Source: Phoronis australis
Taxonomy: Eukaryota; Animalia; Phoronida
Assembly: GCA_002633005.1 (NCBI GenBank)
Contig: NMRA01000188.1
Coordinates: forward strand, 294,921-358,920
DNA length: 64,000 nucleotides
Direction: 5' to 3'
Part shown: positions 1-13,800 of the stretch, one piece after another
How the letters are laid out: every line of letters begins with the position of its first letter
Position numbering within the stretch: the stretch's first letter is position 1
Program-made: the position numbers and the translations under genes
Notes under the pieces: generated by a model
The model's database searches: none
What the model was told of the DNA's origin: nothing
What the model saw: only the letters and a program-made list of their open reading frames with translations

Positions 1-3000
1 CATCTGTCAGCGTGTAGTAACCCGCACGTAAGTAAATACGCGTTGATTTTGAAGTGTAGAACTTGAAAGGTTATCTAAAGACACGGATGAAAGAAAATTC
101 ATCCGTCACAATTCTATTATTTCGATGTTCATTTATCGTTTCTTCAGACCGAAACTCGAAATCCAAGAATAAACTTGTCATGAGTTGTGAAAAACTTGCC
201 ACTGCCTACTACTCCTACTAGTACTAGTGCCTTTGTAAAATAGGCCTAACAGTTGTAAATCTTCTTGACCCAGACAAGAACAGTCAGTGTCTGTCCACAA
301 CTTAGGTTTTCAAAGTCGACTCATTGGCGACTCATGGAGATCACTGACAATATTTTATGGTGAAGTTCTTTTTTCCGTTTGACAGGGTATTCATTGAGTG
401 TCAGAACTCCGTACCACTACCAGAGACAGAGTGCTGTCAATCATGTAACTTAAGGCCTAACCGTGTACAGGGTTTGGAGTGATGTATTTTTTCCTTTCCT
501 TTCTGATTTTGGCCCAAGCTGAAATTTGGTAACTATTCAAAATGGCACCCGGTAAGAGAAAATCAAGCAAACCTTGACAGATTTTCATCAATTTGTTCAA
601 GTTTTGCTGACTAAATTGTATTCAGAGTCATGGTATGTGTTCAATAAGATCCATGTTCCTATATGTATGGTTCATTTGATTTTATTGAGTAACTTTTTGT
701 GGAGATGTACTATTCGCCCCTGTATGCCTGCGGCATCCAGGGGGGTGTAATTGCCTAGGAGGACCCCAGTCACTATGTCCAATTTTGAACAAGTTCAGAA
801 TATCTAGACAGTGACCACCGTCCTACTGGCACGTACGGGAGTATTTGTCGAGTTGGAAGGAATTAAATACATCGACGACCTCCTAAGTTGTCCCTCTCTG
901 CACAAAAGGTGTATTTATAACAATGTAACATTGATGTTTTAGTCAGTGCGAGGTATATGATTTGCCGAAAATCTTCCGGCGTATGAAGTGCCCAGAGGGT
1001 TCACAGTCTCTATTGTCTACAGAACATCATGTCTAAGAAATGGCTGATAGGATTCACATGAAACTTTTAGATATTCCGCCGTCTCTAAAATGCTGAATTG
1101 TTAAAATGTTTCAATTTTTCACTAGGCCTGTCAAAATAGGTCTTATATAATATTTATTTGAATGTGCAGACTAGTCATTAAGGTCCTACAAAGCTGTAGC
1201 TTAGTTTTGTCAAGGGCTTTCCCCTTGAATTGTGTAATAAGGTCGTTCCGAATTACTACACCACCACCCTATATCCATGGATAATTACCCACAATGCTGA
1301 AGATCTGTCAGGCTGGAACAGATATTTCACAAGCGTTTTTAGACTTGGTTTTTGTTACACTCCCTTCGTTTGCTCCTGTCTCATTGTGTGTAAATTTTTG
1401 GACATTATGACAAAACAAAGAGATGAAAAATTGAAAGCACGAAAATCCTGTTTTCAAATAAGCGTTACATAAATTCTGTTGTCGTAATTAATTACCTGGT
1501 AGATTATCTTTAATTCATGGTAAGTTTTCACTTAAAGTCAGTACAAGTTATCTACTTTTAAAGCTGTATAAAATTGTAAAATAGCCATTTAATGAATGGC
1601 AGGAAAGAGGTAACCCGTGATCTCATAGCAATAGCTGTGTTTATGGTTCCCGTTCTGTCTGTTTTCTTGTATTTAAGAATTTCTGTTCTGACCACTCTTT
1701 ATTTTGAAACACACATATAACCCAAGAAGGATTGTTATTTGTTTCCCACTCATGAGTGTGGTACATGTCAGTCATGTCGGGTGAAATGTATGCAGTTCCT
1801 GGTGCTGTTCCTTGAATACCACCTGGTATAGTACTTGAGGAGTGTTCTTACTCCCACTGAAAGGTCAATATGACTGTTACAGACAAGTGATTGATGAAAT
1901 TTCAAATTTTCAAAGAATGTCACTTATGTATCAAGTTCAACTGATTTGTTTTTTTGTTTATTTGCTGCATTTGCTTGTGATATATCCAGTGGTATGTGAC
2001 TGTGCTGAAATACTACATTTTTATTCACTACATAGTTGTTATGCTTTTTTGATTTTCTGGAAGATCCTCTTCTCAAACTTGAAGTCTTCGAGAAAAATGT
2101 GCAAGAGGAAACATGCAAGGTTAGCGCCAGAATTGTTGTCAGTGTTTCCTTTTCGCATGAGTGGCTATCAAAATCGTGACTTTCAGGGTTTTTATCAAAG
2201 AGCAGAAGTTGCATAAAATGAAAACGAAAAGATCATTTTGAAAACTAACGGTGTTTTTTGAGATTTCATCTTGAACCTTTGCATCAAATGTAATTTGGTA
2301 ATGTTATCGGTAGTGTTGTTTTGCAATGAAGTTACGTGTTCTTTTCTGATTATTTCTAATCAAAGATTAAAAATCTCTGGTTTAGTTTCAACTCCAGACT
2401 ACAGTGGTTTCCAAATCCAGATATAATCAGTCTAGTCTATCAAGTCTTAGTGCAGTCTTCTGTTCCACATCAAGACCTGAAAACCTCTTACCGTGCATAT
2501 GTGCGTCACAAAACAAACCGAATCCAGTTACGCCAGGTTTGGCTAATGTTTAATCATTTTTGTTCGGGAAAACATGTTGGAGTAACTTTTCACGAGGAAT
2601 TCAGTTTCAGAAGTGAAGCAGTTAAAAAATCACTAGTTTCATTGTATGATTTTGCAATTGATTTCACCCAATGTTTTGTTGCTGTAATGTCATCGCTAAT
2701 GCAGTAATTGTCTCGCTCTGTACAAAACGAAGTACCTTTGTTCACACCAAAGCATTTATCACTTCTGAAACCGACCTTTAACGTTAGTGGTTAGGTGTAA
2801 TTTATTACGGGTACTAATGTCAAAAGCATCACTCTGACCACTCCAATGTCGTACTGTGATTCTTCATTTGTTTTGCATTCAATATGGCTGACAAATGAAA
2901 TGATATTTTGTTAAATTTCTCCACAAAAGTAAAGATTAAAAACATTTTAGCCTATGACAAGCATGGTTTGCTGTGACGTGTAGATGTCATAAAACAACAT

Positions 3001-5820
3001 TTGTTGAAATTCCCAATATTTGCAAAAAGATAATCAGTCATTGATAATGGAATAAGACTATTTTGGCAATAATAAACTCCTTAATGGTATGTATTTTCTG
3101 AAAGTAGAAAGCGTGTAGAATTTGATTTTGACATTTCACCAATCTACCATTATTGGACAAGGTGACCATGTCTTCTGAGTAAAATTTACCAAAAGGGTAA
3201 GGTTTATTTAACAAAACACTGTTATCAGTAATTTGGTTGGACATATGGAATCTAAAAATGCTGTTCCTGTTTTCCATTTTAGTTTGGTTTCACGCGAGTT
3301 TAGATTTTTTGTGAAAATCATAAAAGCCCCATTTTTAAGAGCACTTCATGCAAAAGTGGAACACTGTAATAATTCCGTTCAGCATTTTGAAGAACAATGC
3401 TGTCTGAAAGTTTCATGTAAATCCAATTAACCATTTCTGAGATATATTCCCAAGTTAAGCCAAATTTGGTTATTTTTTGGGGCCATATGTTTTCCTGTGT
3501 TGCTAAAGCAGTGCTAGGACTGTCTGGGTACCAGTCCAATGCATCCAAAATAGCTAAAACTGTCTGAAGCAGGCTTTTACGGAATTCACTGTCAGTTGAT
3601 TCGAGATCGAATACATTACAGCATCCATGGGTTTTTACATGTAAATCCAAAATCAATGTGCTTCTTCCAACGGGAAATTCTTGTATTAAGGGTTTAAAAG
3701 TTTACTATACACTTCAAAGTGTCTGAGTATTGATTATGAACTGAACATTGTATAGGATGGTTTCTGGTTTAGAGTTGGTTTGTAAACACTTGCAGTGTGT
3801 GTTACCAGATGGGCACCCGTCTTTATGAAGCCATTAAAGTCGGACTATTGATTTCAGAGACTTGTGCTTGTGTTTTTAACCAATTCATTTCATGTATTTG
3901 TGTGTAAAGCAAATTCAACAACTTTTTTATTGATTGAGAGTATGTACTTTTGTTTACTACATTCAAACACTGGTGGAACTGAATATGTGCTAACGACAAA
4001 AATGGCTTGTCATTGACAACTTGTCTTTAAGCCTATATGCATAGTTTATGAGAGAGTATGTACTTTTGTTTATGAAAGTTTCATACAGACCTCATCTGGT
4101 TTTCTGAGATGTGATGCTTCGAAGTCCAGTCAGGTTTGGACATTTTTGTGGGATGCTGCACAGGTCTCACTTGAGCTTTCATGTGATTTTCAATGGAGTG
4201 AATAGAGCTCTTTGATTTGCTATCACTTCTTGATTTATTACAGGTTAATTATTTATCATTTCTGATTGCCAATGCCCATTGGTGCTTTAGAAATCCTGTG
4301 GTGCTTTTGCAGCAAGTGTATGGTTACAATGGCTTCGCAAAACTGAATCATAATAGTACTAGATTCCTAAAATCAACCAACTACATTTTTTCTTAAAAGC
4401 CAGCTGGTAGGTCCGTGTAAAACAAACAATTAAAAGCGTTGATCAAAGGGAGCCATGAGATAATTTGAGTTCCCACATGGCCTATATTATGTGACACCTG
4501 TTTTGTTATTCAATGCTAATTTAGTACTAATGGAAAATGTGTCCTGCTGGTTGTAATCAATAAATTTCAGGGCGGAGAAACAATCCAGTGTTTTGACCCT
4601 TAAATGTGTGCAGTGAAGCCTCAGCAATTTAGGGCAAAAATGGTTTCTTTCGAATTTTTTTTGTTTTTTCTTATTGATACCGTGAATGCCCTTGAAATGA
4701 CAGCATTTGTTTGGTGGTACAAGTTTTTTGTTTCGAAGAAAGGAAAAATAAATTAATTTCCTTCTCGCTGCCCCTGTTGCATATGGCTAAATATTCGAAT
4801 TTAGTGGTCTGTCGTGCAGTGTTTTTAGTTCTCTTCAATGAATGTGGTATTTCCTATTCATCGAGTATGCCACTTGATTTTGATGCTCGCCTTTGTATTT
4901 CTGAGTTCCATCGCTTGACCGTTTCTGTAACCTCACCAGCATCATACAATCAAGTTTGCTTGAGTTGGGTATTAAATGAACACTTTATGCAATATTGTGT
5001 CAAAGTTGTCTAGTGAGGTTGGTGAGGTGAAATGTGACAAACTGCAAGTTCTTTCAGTGTTGAGAACAATTTCAAGCTTTAATGTCAACATACATTTCTG
5101 AATTCCCAGGGCTTGGCTACTGACTTGAAGGCTAAAGCGTGCTTTCGTCTTCTTATTGAGAGTGGATTATTTTGTTTCTGAGGTACAATTTTGGCTGTTT
5201 TTGAAGATGACTTGCTGGTGGCCTTTGTATAATATACAGTTTTGTAAATAACAGATATGGTGTTTTTAGGCTGACCTGAACACTGCTTGCTCTGTTATTG
5301 TATGTGTTGAGGTTCTTTGGTAAACTAAACCAGTGCACACTTGTTTCCACAACAGAATCAAAGGTCCATTATGGAAGCATTTGTCCAGTGTGTTTTGGTC
5401 TGGTCTATCATGGCGCATCTAGAATAATCAATAATGAACCGTTGATAAGACATTGATCTTTTGATTATGTTTTCATTAATTCATCTGCATTGGAGACTTC
5501 CTATTTACTTTTAACTCAAGGTAGTTGTCAACCTTCTGGGAATTTTTTTAAAAAAAGAATGCAATATTCACACATTTCCTTTGTTGAGTCGTTTACATCA
5601 GTCGCTATGGTTGCACGGACAGTAAACACATAACAGGTAAATGTACAACATGTCTCTCCAAGGTAACCAATGATTTATAATTTTAACAAGGGGATCTTCA
5701 AAAATGGTTGCATTCCCTCAACCTTTGCAAACTATAGTTCAACAGCAATGACTGTGATTAAGTACTGAGTACACACTGAGTGTACTGGAACATGTAGGGT
5801 GATTGCCAATTTACTGTGAA

Positions 5821-6478
5821 AGCCCCAATTCCCACTGGCTTTGAAACTTTGATGTTGCCGAAGCTTCGACGTTGCCGAAACTTGGATCAATGGGAACACT
5901 TCAAACTTCGGTTTTGAATCGAAGTGGACTGAGTTAACTCCGAAATAAAGAGGTGGATTTAATATTGAAGCGTCGATGCTTCGCTACAATGGGAACACTT
6001 AACTTCGGTGTCATAGGAGTTATCGCCATGGGTCACTGCCTGCATTTGCCAACAGCGGGTGGTGACTGGTAACTATTTATTAATATTTTGATCTAATAAT
6101 TATTATTTTGGTGGTTTAAGCATTCTGTTTCAATTGATCCATGTATTTTCTGAATTCTTTACATTAAAAATCACTGAGTGCCGTGTAGTGTACGCAAAAT
6201 TATTTCCTGCTACGCCATAATGCCTTTGTTTGGATCAGCTGTTACTGTGCTCAAGAGTCAATTTTATGTTATTTTCTAGTACATCGTCATCGTCCCAACA
6301 TGGCAATCATTGGCTGCCTTGTGAAGTTTCCATCTGGGGAGAGGGAGAGGTCCTTGTCATTTTTGAAGGCAAGCACCATCAAAAACAGCTAGGCCATATG
6401 ACCAAAGGTCATATTAGACCTGCCTTACGATAACTTGACTGAACTATAACTCCGAAGCTGATGGGAACACTGAGGCTT
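5821..6478. mobile_element. Probable MITE with imperfect AGCC…TTCCCA / TGGGAA…GGCT termini
   Basis: ATGGGAACACT motif repeated near 5890, 5989 and 6461; degenerate inverted ends. Confidence 0.35.
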
Positions 6479-6501
6479 AACTTTGCTGTTAACCACAGTT
6501 A

Positions 6502-6923
6502 AGTCCCGTTTAGACATCAACTTTTGGCCCGGCGAAACTGGCACGGAGCCAATTGATCAGTGTCAAGCGTCCGTTTACACACACAACTCACTGACTGTGG
6601 CAAGACGGAAATTGTAGGCCGGAGAGGGGATCACATATGTGCAGGTTTACAAATGACGGAGTTGAAGAGATGGAGAACCTGTATTTAGGTCATTACACAA
6701 GTGCAGTAGAGATGATCCTTTCTGCCTTGCCCCAGTTTTGCGTTTAGACACATAATTGACATGGAACAAGATGTTCTAGCGCAAATTGATCTACCTCACA
6801 AACGGGTGGCAAAAGTTGTCACTGTGGTGTCAATTTGCCCCAGTTCAGTCCCATTTACACACATACTTGGGCTGGAACAACTGTCAACTGATCCATGTCA
6901 ACTTTTGTTGTGTAACCAGCCCT
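6502..6923. mobile_element. PIF/Harbinger-like MITE
   Basis: TTA on both flanks (6499-6501, 6924-6926); imperfect TIRs AGTCCCGTTTAGACA / TGTGTAACCAGCCCT; internal GTTTA(C/G)ACAC subrepeats. A related sequence lies near 8570-8850. Confidence 0.5.
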
Positions 6924-9900
6924 TTAGATAGTAGCATAGTTACAATGTAACTGCATGGGGAAGGACCTTAATTGTGTATTTGAGAAGACTTGTAATTTGT
7001 AGTTTAACCATAGCCATCTGTGTTATTCCAAAATTTGAGTTACGCCCATCCCCAATTTAAGAAAGTCTTTGGTTATTCGTCCACACCTAACTTTTACAGT
7101 TGTGACTTTTTGTACTCATTCATATTTCTTAGTTCTCTCAGTAAAAAGTAAGCATGTTTACCATCTGCATACCATTTGATTCAGACTTTGTATGAAAAAT
7201 CAAAATCAGTCTTTACGACCATATTTCTTTTTTAACTCCATTGTAAGACTCGTGTACTGAACATGAGTGACAATGATGAATCTAACTCAATCGATATTTG
7301 GTCAATTACTGTCTCTTGACAATCACTGGTTATTGTAAAGCAAGACGAAGCATTATCCTATAACACGAACTGTGTTCCATGATCCGTCACTCTATATTTA
7401 GTGTTAAGCAATTCATGACCTTCCCTGTACAATGAGTTGTGATCTTATTCTTAATTCGTGCTCTTTTGGTTTCGCTTGATGTCTCTTAGGAGGTCATCGT
7501 AGAACACAGGCCTTGTTTCACGTGATGATACTGCCTTCATTTCCCATTGCGTAGGTCTGTTCATAGCCGTTTCCTTTTCACGCTGTTTTTCTTGAATTGA
7601 ACGCGCGATAGCATTGCAGATGCAGCCGTGGTGCTTTTCTCAGGACGCGTGATTTGTGTGTGAGCATGACATGATAAGGAGGGTTCAGTTAGTGAATTGA
7701 TGTGTGCACATGTTAATGGAAGGCTGTTTGTTTTGTAGGCACTGTAGAAACACTAGGGTTGTTCAACAGTGTACACACTGTAAGCTTTAGAGTGGGTGTT
7801 GATTAGGTGAACTTTTCTTGCTATGAAAATGGCAACGCAGATGAAAAAAATCAACAATTTTTTTTTGTCTTATTCCTCATGAAAAGTGCTAATTTATTTT
7901 TATTTATCATTATTTCAGTTTGAAGGCAAGAAGAAGTTTAAAGCATAATATGTCATAATACGATTTTAATAGATACACGCTTAAGTTGTTGTTTCTGTAC
8001 ACTTTTGGGTAAGTTGGGTCGGAGGGCGTAGGGCAAGTTTAGGAAAAGCACACTGGTGAAAATGGTGATAATTGTGAATGGTCTGTCCATGAATGTTATA
8101 ATTTTTTATTTTTTAAATTTGCTTGTGATAGTCTTGCATGCTATTGTACAATGTGATTCCTGTAAACTATATAGAATGAGCTATGTAAACTTGACACTGT
8201 AGCAGTGTACTGCTTTCTATTGTCATGCCTTGTCATGTATTGTTAATCCTTTGGCATATTGGGGAAACCAGTAATCAATAATTTGCCAGAATGTCCAAGA
8301 AGCTTGGTTTTATTAGGGATGAGCTTTTCTTGGTGAAAATGTTTTTCAATCATCGTTAGATTAACATCAACCCTGTTACCATAGCGATGGGCTTTGGAGG
8401 CTCTTTGTTACTTTGTCACAGCATATTGATTATCGCGACATCACATAAATAGCCATTTTTACTGGAGGAGTTGTAACGGTGGACGTTGCTCCATTTAAAT
8501 CACATGTACACGACTTAGGTTGCAAATTGGATCAGCACAAGTCATTTACGTGAAAAATGTCTGTGCATACTCGCTTAAACAATAGTGAACATGTAAAGCA
8601 TGTGAAATGACTGTATTCCCCATCTATACGCTGGTGCTCAAGGGTAACAGACTGAGAGATGATCCCTTTGTGTTTAGATGTGAAGTTGACACTGGGGCAA
8701 CTGATCGAGTGCTATTTGCTCTACCTCTCAAACTGGTGTCAAAAATGGTGGCCGCAGTATCAACTTGCTCCGTGTCAGTCATGTTTATACACACACTTCA
8801 ACTCGATCAGCTGTTCCGTGTCGGGGCCGCGTGTCATTTGCGCCTCGTGTAAATATGGTTGTTGTCCAAATCACGACTTGACATTGTCGAAATCAACAGA
8901 GAAGCATCTTTAGTTGAGATGTACGGTAGTTTTCCACAAAAATAATCGCCAAAATTGAAAAATGGAAAAAATGACAAAGTTTGATTTATTTCAAATTTAA
9001 AATTAGAAAATTTCACCAAATGTTGTTTCATGACATCACTTCATTACAAACTAGGCTAGTTATAGACTCAAATTTTCTTAATCGTTGTTTCTGTGAAGAA
9101 ATTTGACGAAATGCAATTTCATCTGCCAAGACATCGTATGCTAAATAAGTGAGGATTTACCCCCATCATCCAATCCATACTTCCTGTACCTGCTGACTTG
9201 TGCTTTACTGTTTATGTACATAGAGGGAGATAAGATGTTGATGACATCAGACATATGTATACTAAACTGTTGTCTGGATGCTCAGCCCACAAACACCACA
9301 TTCCTCTAATATTCTTGAGGTGATATAAGGCATGTGGAATAGCTGTGGGAGTTTGTAAAGTTAGTATACTGGGTCTGAAAACAACATTTTGATATCCCAC
9401 TTTGCTGTTTGATGATTTCTGCACATGAACATCTGGGAAACTTACATATTGTATGTGGACAATGATACTAGAGAACTATGATTTATTTTCACCTGTAGGA
9501 CAATGTATTATTTTAAAATAAGATCAATGTTAAACAATAAGTCAATAAATTATGTTCAGCTGTTAGAGTTTCATAGACAGGAAAATAGGGCATGTTATTA
9601 GTGATTCATATGTCTGCCATATTTCCTTGGTAACGAGAAATTGTGTCCAATTAATGGTTTGCTCCCATCGTGAAATTTAGTAGGAAATCTGCTGTATCCA
9701 TCCGCTTGCAATGCACTTCCGGCTTAAAAAATTAGTTGCAGGGGGTCTGTTACATGTTGTGCCAGATGTGCACAGGTCACGCCTGTGGGCCCATTGCACT
9801 GGTCACCTGAAACCATTTCTGTTTTTGTTAAATAAAATCATTGACTAGTTGAAGAGCTAGAAACCTGACTCAAGGGTCTTCCAGTGTGGCCGGGCTTAAC

Positions 9901-10647
9901 CTCCACCATTGAAATTTCCACTTTTGAAAGCTATGGTCGACTTTGCTCGTACTATTTTATATGTTGGAAACTTCTTTTTAAAATTAAATGTGCTGGCAAT
10001 ATCTTTGTGAATGCCTGCCTCATCAGATTTGTAATTGAAGACCTCATTGTAAATAAGTTGAAGGAGAACCCATGATTCTTTGGCCAATGATTGTTCTTCA
10101 TTGATGCTATTTTCGGCTGATTTAAGTTTGGAGAAATTGGTTAATTTTGAAGCCATCAGCTGAGGAATAGTAGTGAGTTGAGAATTTTTTCCTTTCAGCG
10201 AATCGCAGGGACATTGGGGGGAGGGGTGCCAGGCAACTGTTAACCTGAAAGAGGGGAGGGGGGGGCGGGACTCACAGCTACCGACCGAGGCTGCACCACG
10301 GAGCCTTGTCAACCGAGCAGGCACCGAGGAGGTGTCGACTGGTGGGGGGTGCACTGTTTGTCCCTTACGTCCTCGATTCTGAATTGCACAACTGCCACTG
10401 GTCTCATCACGGGTTAGCGCCTTAAGTAGTAGTGGATTAAATGTTGCGATGGCTGCAATTTTGGAACATCTCAAGCATAGTATTTAAAACTTTTGACCTT
10501 ATGACCAGTATATTGCGTGCCGTGTCTAATCTGTTCATCTCTGTTACAGAGTACCTCTTGGACTTAACAAACCTTGTGCAATATACGTCAACGCGATGCT
10601 GTCATAGGAATAAAAGGGACCAACTTCTGTAACCAGGACCAAGTTGA

Positions 10648-10827
10648 ATGACAGCTGTGACAATGGAGATGACAAGGACGCTATGTTTTGTATTGTTTTT
10701 TATGTTAGACTTTACCCTGTCGTTTTTCCTGGGTGGGAGCAACTACATAGAACCCAAGCCTCACTTTGAAACCGTGGATGGAGAAAAGACAATAGATATT
10801 CGCATGCCTGGTGCTAAGCCATTGGTG
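10648..10827 (+). CDS. PAM: PAM coding exon 1: signal peptide and PHM start (…[14 protein letters not shown])
   Basis: Hydrophobic N-terminus and DIRMPG motif; GTAAGT donor at 10828 (phase 0); acceptor TTACAG ending 10549. ATG at 10663 has the better Kozak context. Confidence 0.9.
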
Positions 10828-13800
10828 GTAAGTGTGACACCTCAGAATTTGCAAGTTCAGTAAACATCCGTGGTAAGTCGCTTTATTTCTACGAGAGCAT
10901 GGCAGTGACTTTCACTTCTCCTAACTTCAAAGCCGGTTGTGGACAAAGACTAAAGGTGATTTCTTTCATTCACATAATGTTCTGCAATGTTGGACTTCCT
11001 AGAATCTGTTGCGGTTATTTGGTAGCAGAATTATAGAATAAAAACAAATGTAAAATACGAGGGCCTCAAGTACATTCCAAATCACTAGTGCACTATTGAT
11101 GACACTTGTGTGCCAAGTACTCTGTTGCCATCTAGCCCTCATGTTATTATGTCACCACTTTATCAAAGAATGTCTGTTGGCTAATCATCAGGCCTGTGCT
11201 ATGAGCCTGAAACACTTTGTAATAGACTCTATTCATGCGGCGGACATTAAAATCCAAAGCGAGGCTCACTGCGATAAACAAAGCGGAAATTTACATTGCG
11301 TGAGTTAAATGGCCAGTCTTTGGAGTCCAACCTGAATATTAAATCTTAAAAAATGTGTCGATAATTAACCACAGAGACGTAGAAAAATACAGTAAAAGAA
11401 CAAGTCAATGCACCAAAGAGTTGTCTGACGAAAGGATATAGGTTTTTCTGGAAAACTAGGTTTGAAACATGAAAAGTAAACATGACCAAATTGCGGCGAT
11501 CGTAGTGTTACGGATTAGGTATCATACTGAATGCAGGGTTACGTTTCTTCCAATAAATTCTTGATAAAAATGCTTTCTACACGAACCAGGTCATTTGGTC
11601 GTATTGTTGACGAGTTGAAGATATATCGGACAGTGGTGGCTCATGGCATTTTGCTGTCGTGTGCAATTAGTCTCATGTAGTTTAATTTGTTGATCAAGAG
11701 TAGGCCTATTTGCTTCAAGCATAGCACTACCGGGACTAACAGTTGATTTGTCATTGATCTGAAATAATACGTGATGTTATTAAATATATATTTTGATTAC
11801 GATAAAAAACTAGGCTCGCAATTGAAAATAAAAATTATATGACCATCAATTCTGCTTTCTTGGTTTTAATAATTACGTCTATTTCGTGTGTTATATTTTT
11901 CAAATATCAATCTCGACCAAGCTGAATTTTAAAATTAAAACACCTAATTCTTTCATCCAATGCATAACCTCGTTTTAGAGCTCAATTTCAGTTAACTGGA
12001 CAGAACACAGGGGCGGATTTAGAGGGGAGCCAAGGGGCTATGCCCCAGCCCTCCCCTAAAATTCTCCCAGATTCCATTTGGCAGTTCAGGAGCGCGAATT
12101 TCTGACGGGCAAAATCCTGGCTAATACTCTGCCTTGCCCCCCCCAACTCAAAGTCCTGGATCCTCCCTGGAACAAGCATAGTTATCATGTTTCTTCAGAG
12201 GCCTCGTTCATATCTGAGAGGAAAGGTGCCTCGTGTGTGTGCGGCCTTCTGAGAGGGGAACGTTTCGCCGAGTGACGGGTCAGTGAAAACTCTACTGACC
12301 TCCCGATCACCATCAATAGCACCCCGCTCTGTTGCAAGCTCTCATAGCTCTGTCTCAAGTAGCATTTTCAGTGACTGATCTAAAATACCATATAGGCCTA
12401 GTGAGGGGGGGCCGACATCCTCGGAGAAGCAGGCAAAGTCCCGATTGTATGCAGGCAGGCGGCCCCGAAGTTGCGGGCGCCGAGGATGTATACCTTCTGC
12501 TCAGGAAATCTGTCGTTGGACTAAAAAAAATAAAACGGAACGGGTTTTTCCCCCCTCGTCCGCTACCGGTCCTAGCTCGATCTCAGTACAAGTTTCCTCC
12601 CGCTTCACGTTTTGCTGGTTTATTTTGCTTGCGGCAGTCAAGGGGAGGGCAGGGCTCCTGTCCCCCCCCCCTAAATCCGCCTATGATTTTGTACTTTTTC
12701 AAATTGTCACCTCTGTGGTCACAGGTGATTTGAAACGTTGGAGAGAAATTTTCAATCACAAAGGGGATTTTTAGCCTCGTGGCCGGTAATTTCGCGTAAT
12801 TTTTCAATATTTTTGAGAGGGAATAGGACCGATATTTGGCCCCAAAATTGAGGGATTGGGGGCCCTGTCCTTTTTGTAAAGAAAAAAGCATCGTGCTTCA
12901 ACCCATAGTCATGAAAACACAGCCTGGCTGGCCGAAGATTCTCCGGTCCTCGTTGCTATGTCGGCATCCAGTCCGAGATGCGACAAATTATGATTCGAAA
13001 ACAGTTATAAATTTTACACGGACATATTTTCCTTCGTCGTGGCGTATGGCAAGGACCCAACGCTTCCGAATCCCAACATCCTTAGGGATTGTAAAACAGA
13101 GTGTCCGTATTTTTTCTAGCTGTTCGAGCAACGCGGAGTACAACTACGCGGATAAACCACCAGAGCTATCGTAGCGAGCCTCGTTTTGGAACGCGCCTCC
13201 TGTCGGCGTGAATAGGGTCTATGGGCAGAGGAAGGTGCGCTTAGTGCTGGAGATCTCATTCTACCACAATATTGTTGACAACCAAAATTGGGCCTGTCCT
13301 GTTGTCTTTCCTAACATGTTCATGGTGGACAGTGGATGGCCTTATCTTGGAAATTTTATGGAGATTGTTACCATGCCAACAGGAGTTTTTGGTACAATGA
13401 ACTTCTGCATGACTTTTCCTGCAAAAACGTGCATTTTCCCGTCCATTTCAAGTCAGAGTTGAGACTAAAGTGCTCATTATACGTCACCTGGCTCAAACGC
13501 TGCAGGGAAATACTGTGCATACCCTCTGCGTCAGTGTCTTCAAGCCTGGGTTGGCTGCATATCAACCCAAACCCTTTGTCAGGTTATGGAGGAAACTCGA
13601 AAAATGACCAAATTTTGAAAACTTGGGAACATCATATTTGAGAAATGGCAGTCAGGTCTTGTATCTCAAGCAAATCATTCATTAGTAAAATAAATGCAAG
13701 ATTCATGCACCACATAAATTCAGTATTTTCTGTAAACATATATTAATTTTGTGGCTAGAACTTGATGATTAATGGTGGTTGCTATAGTTTCAGTGTTCAA

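Noticed and set aside
1-9800. Short ORFs in the first 10 kb
   Set aside because: AT-rich, no motifs and no exon chain; consistent with intron or intergenic DNA containing MITEs.
9896-10474. 192-aa minus-strand ORF with a GC-rich start, possibly the 5' end/ORF1 of a LINE
   Set aside because: No motif I can name with confidence; needs a repeat-library search.
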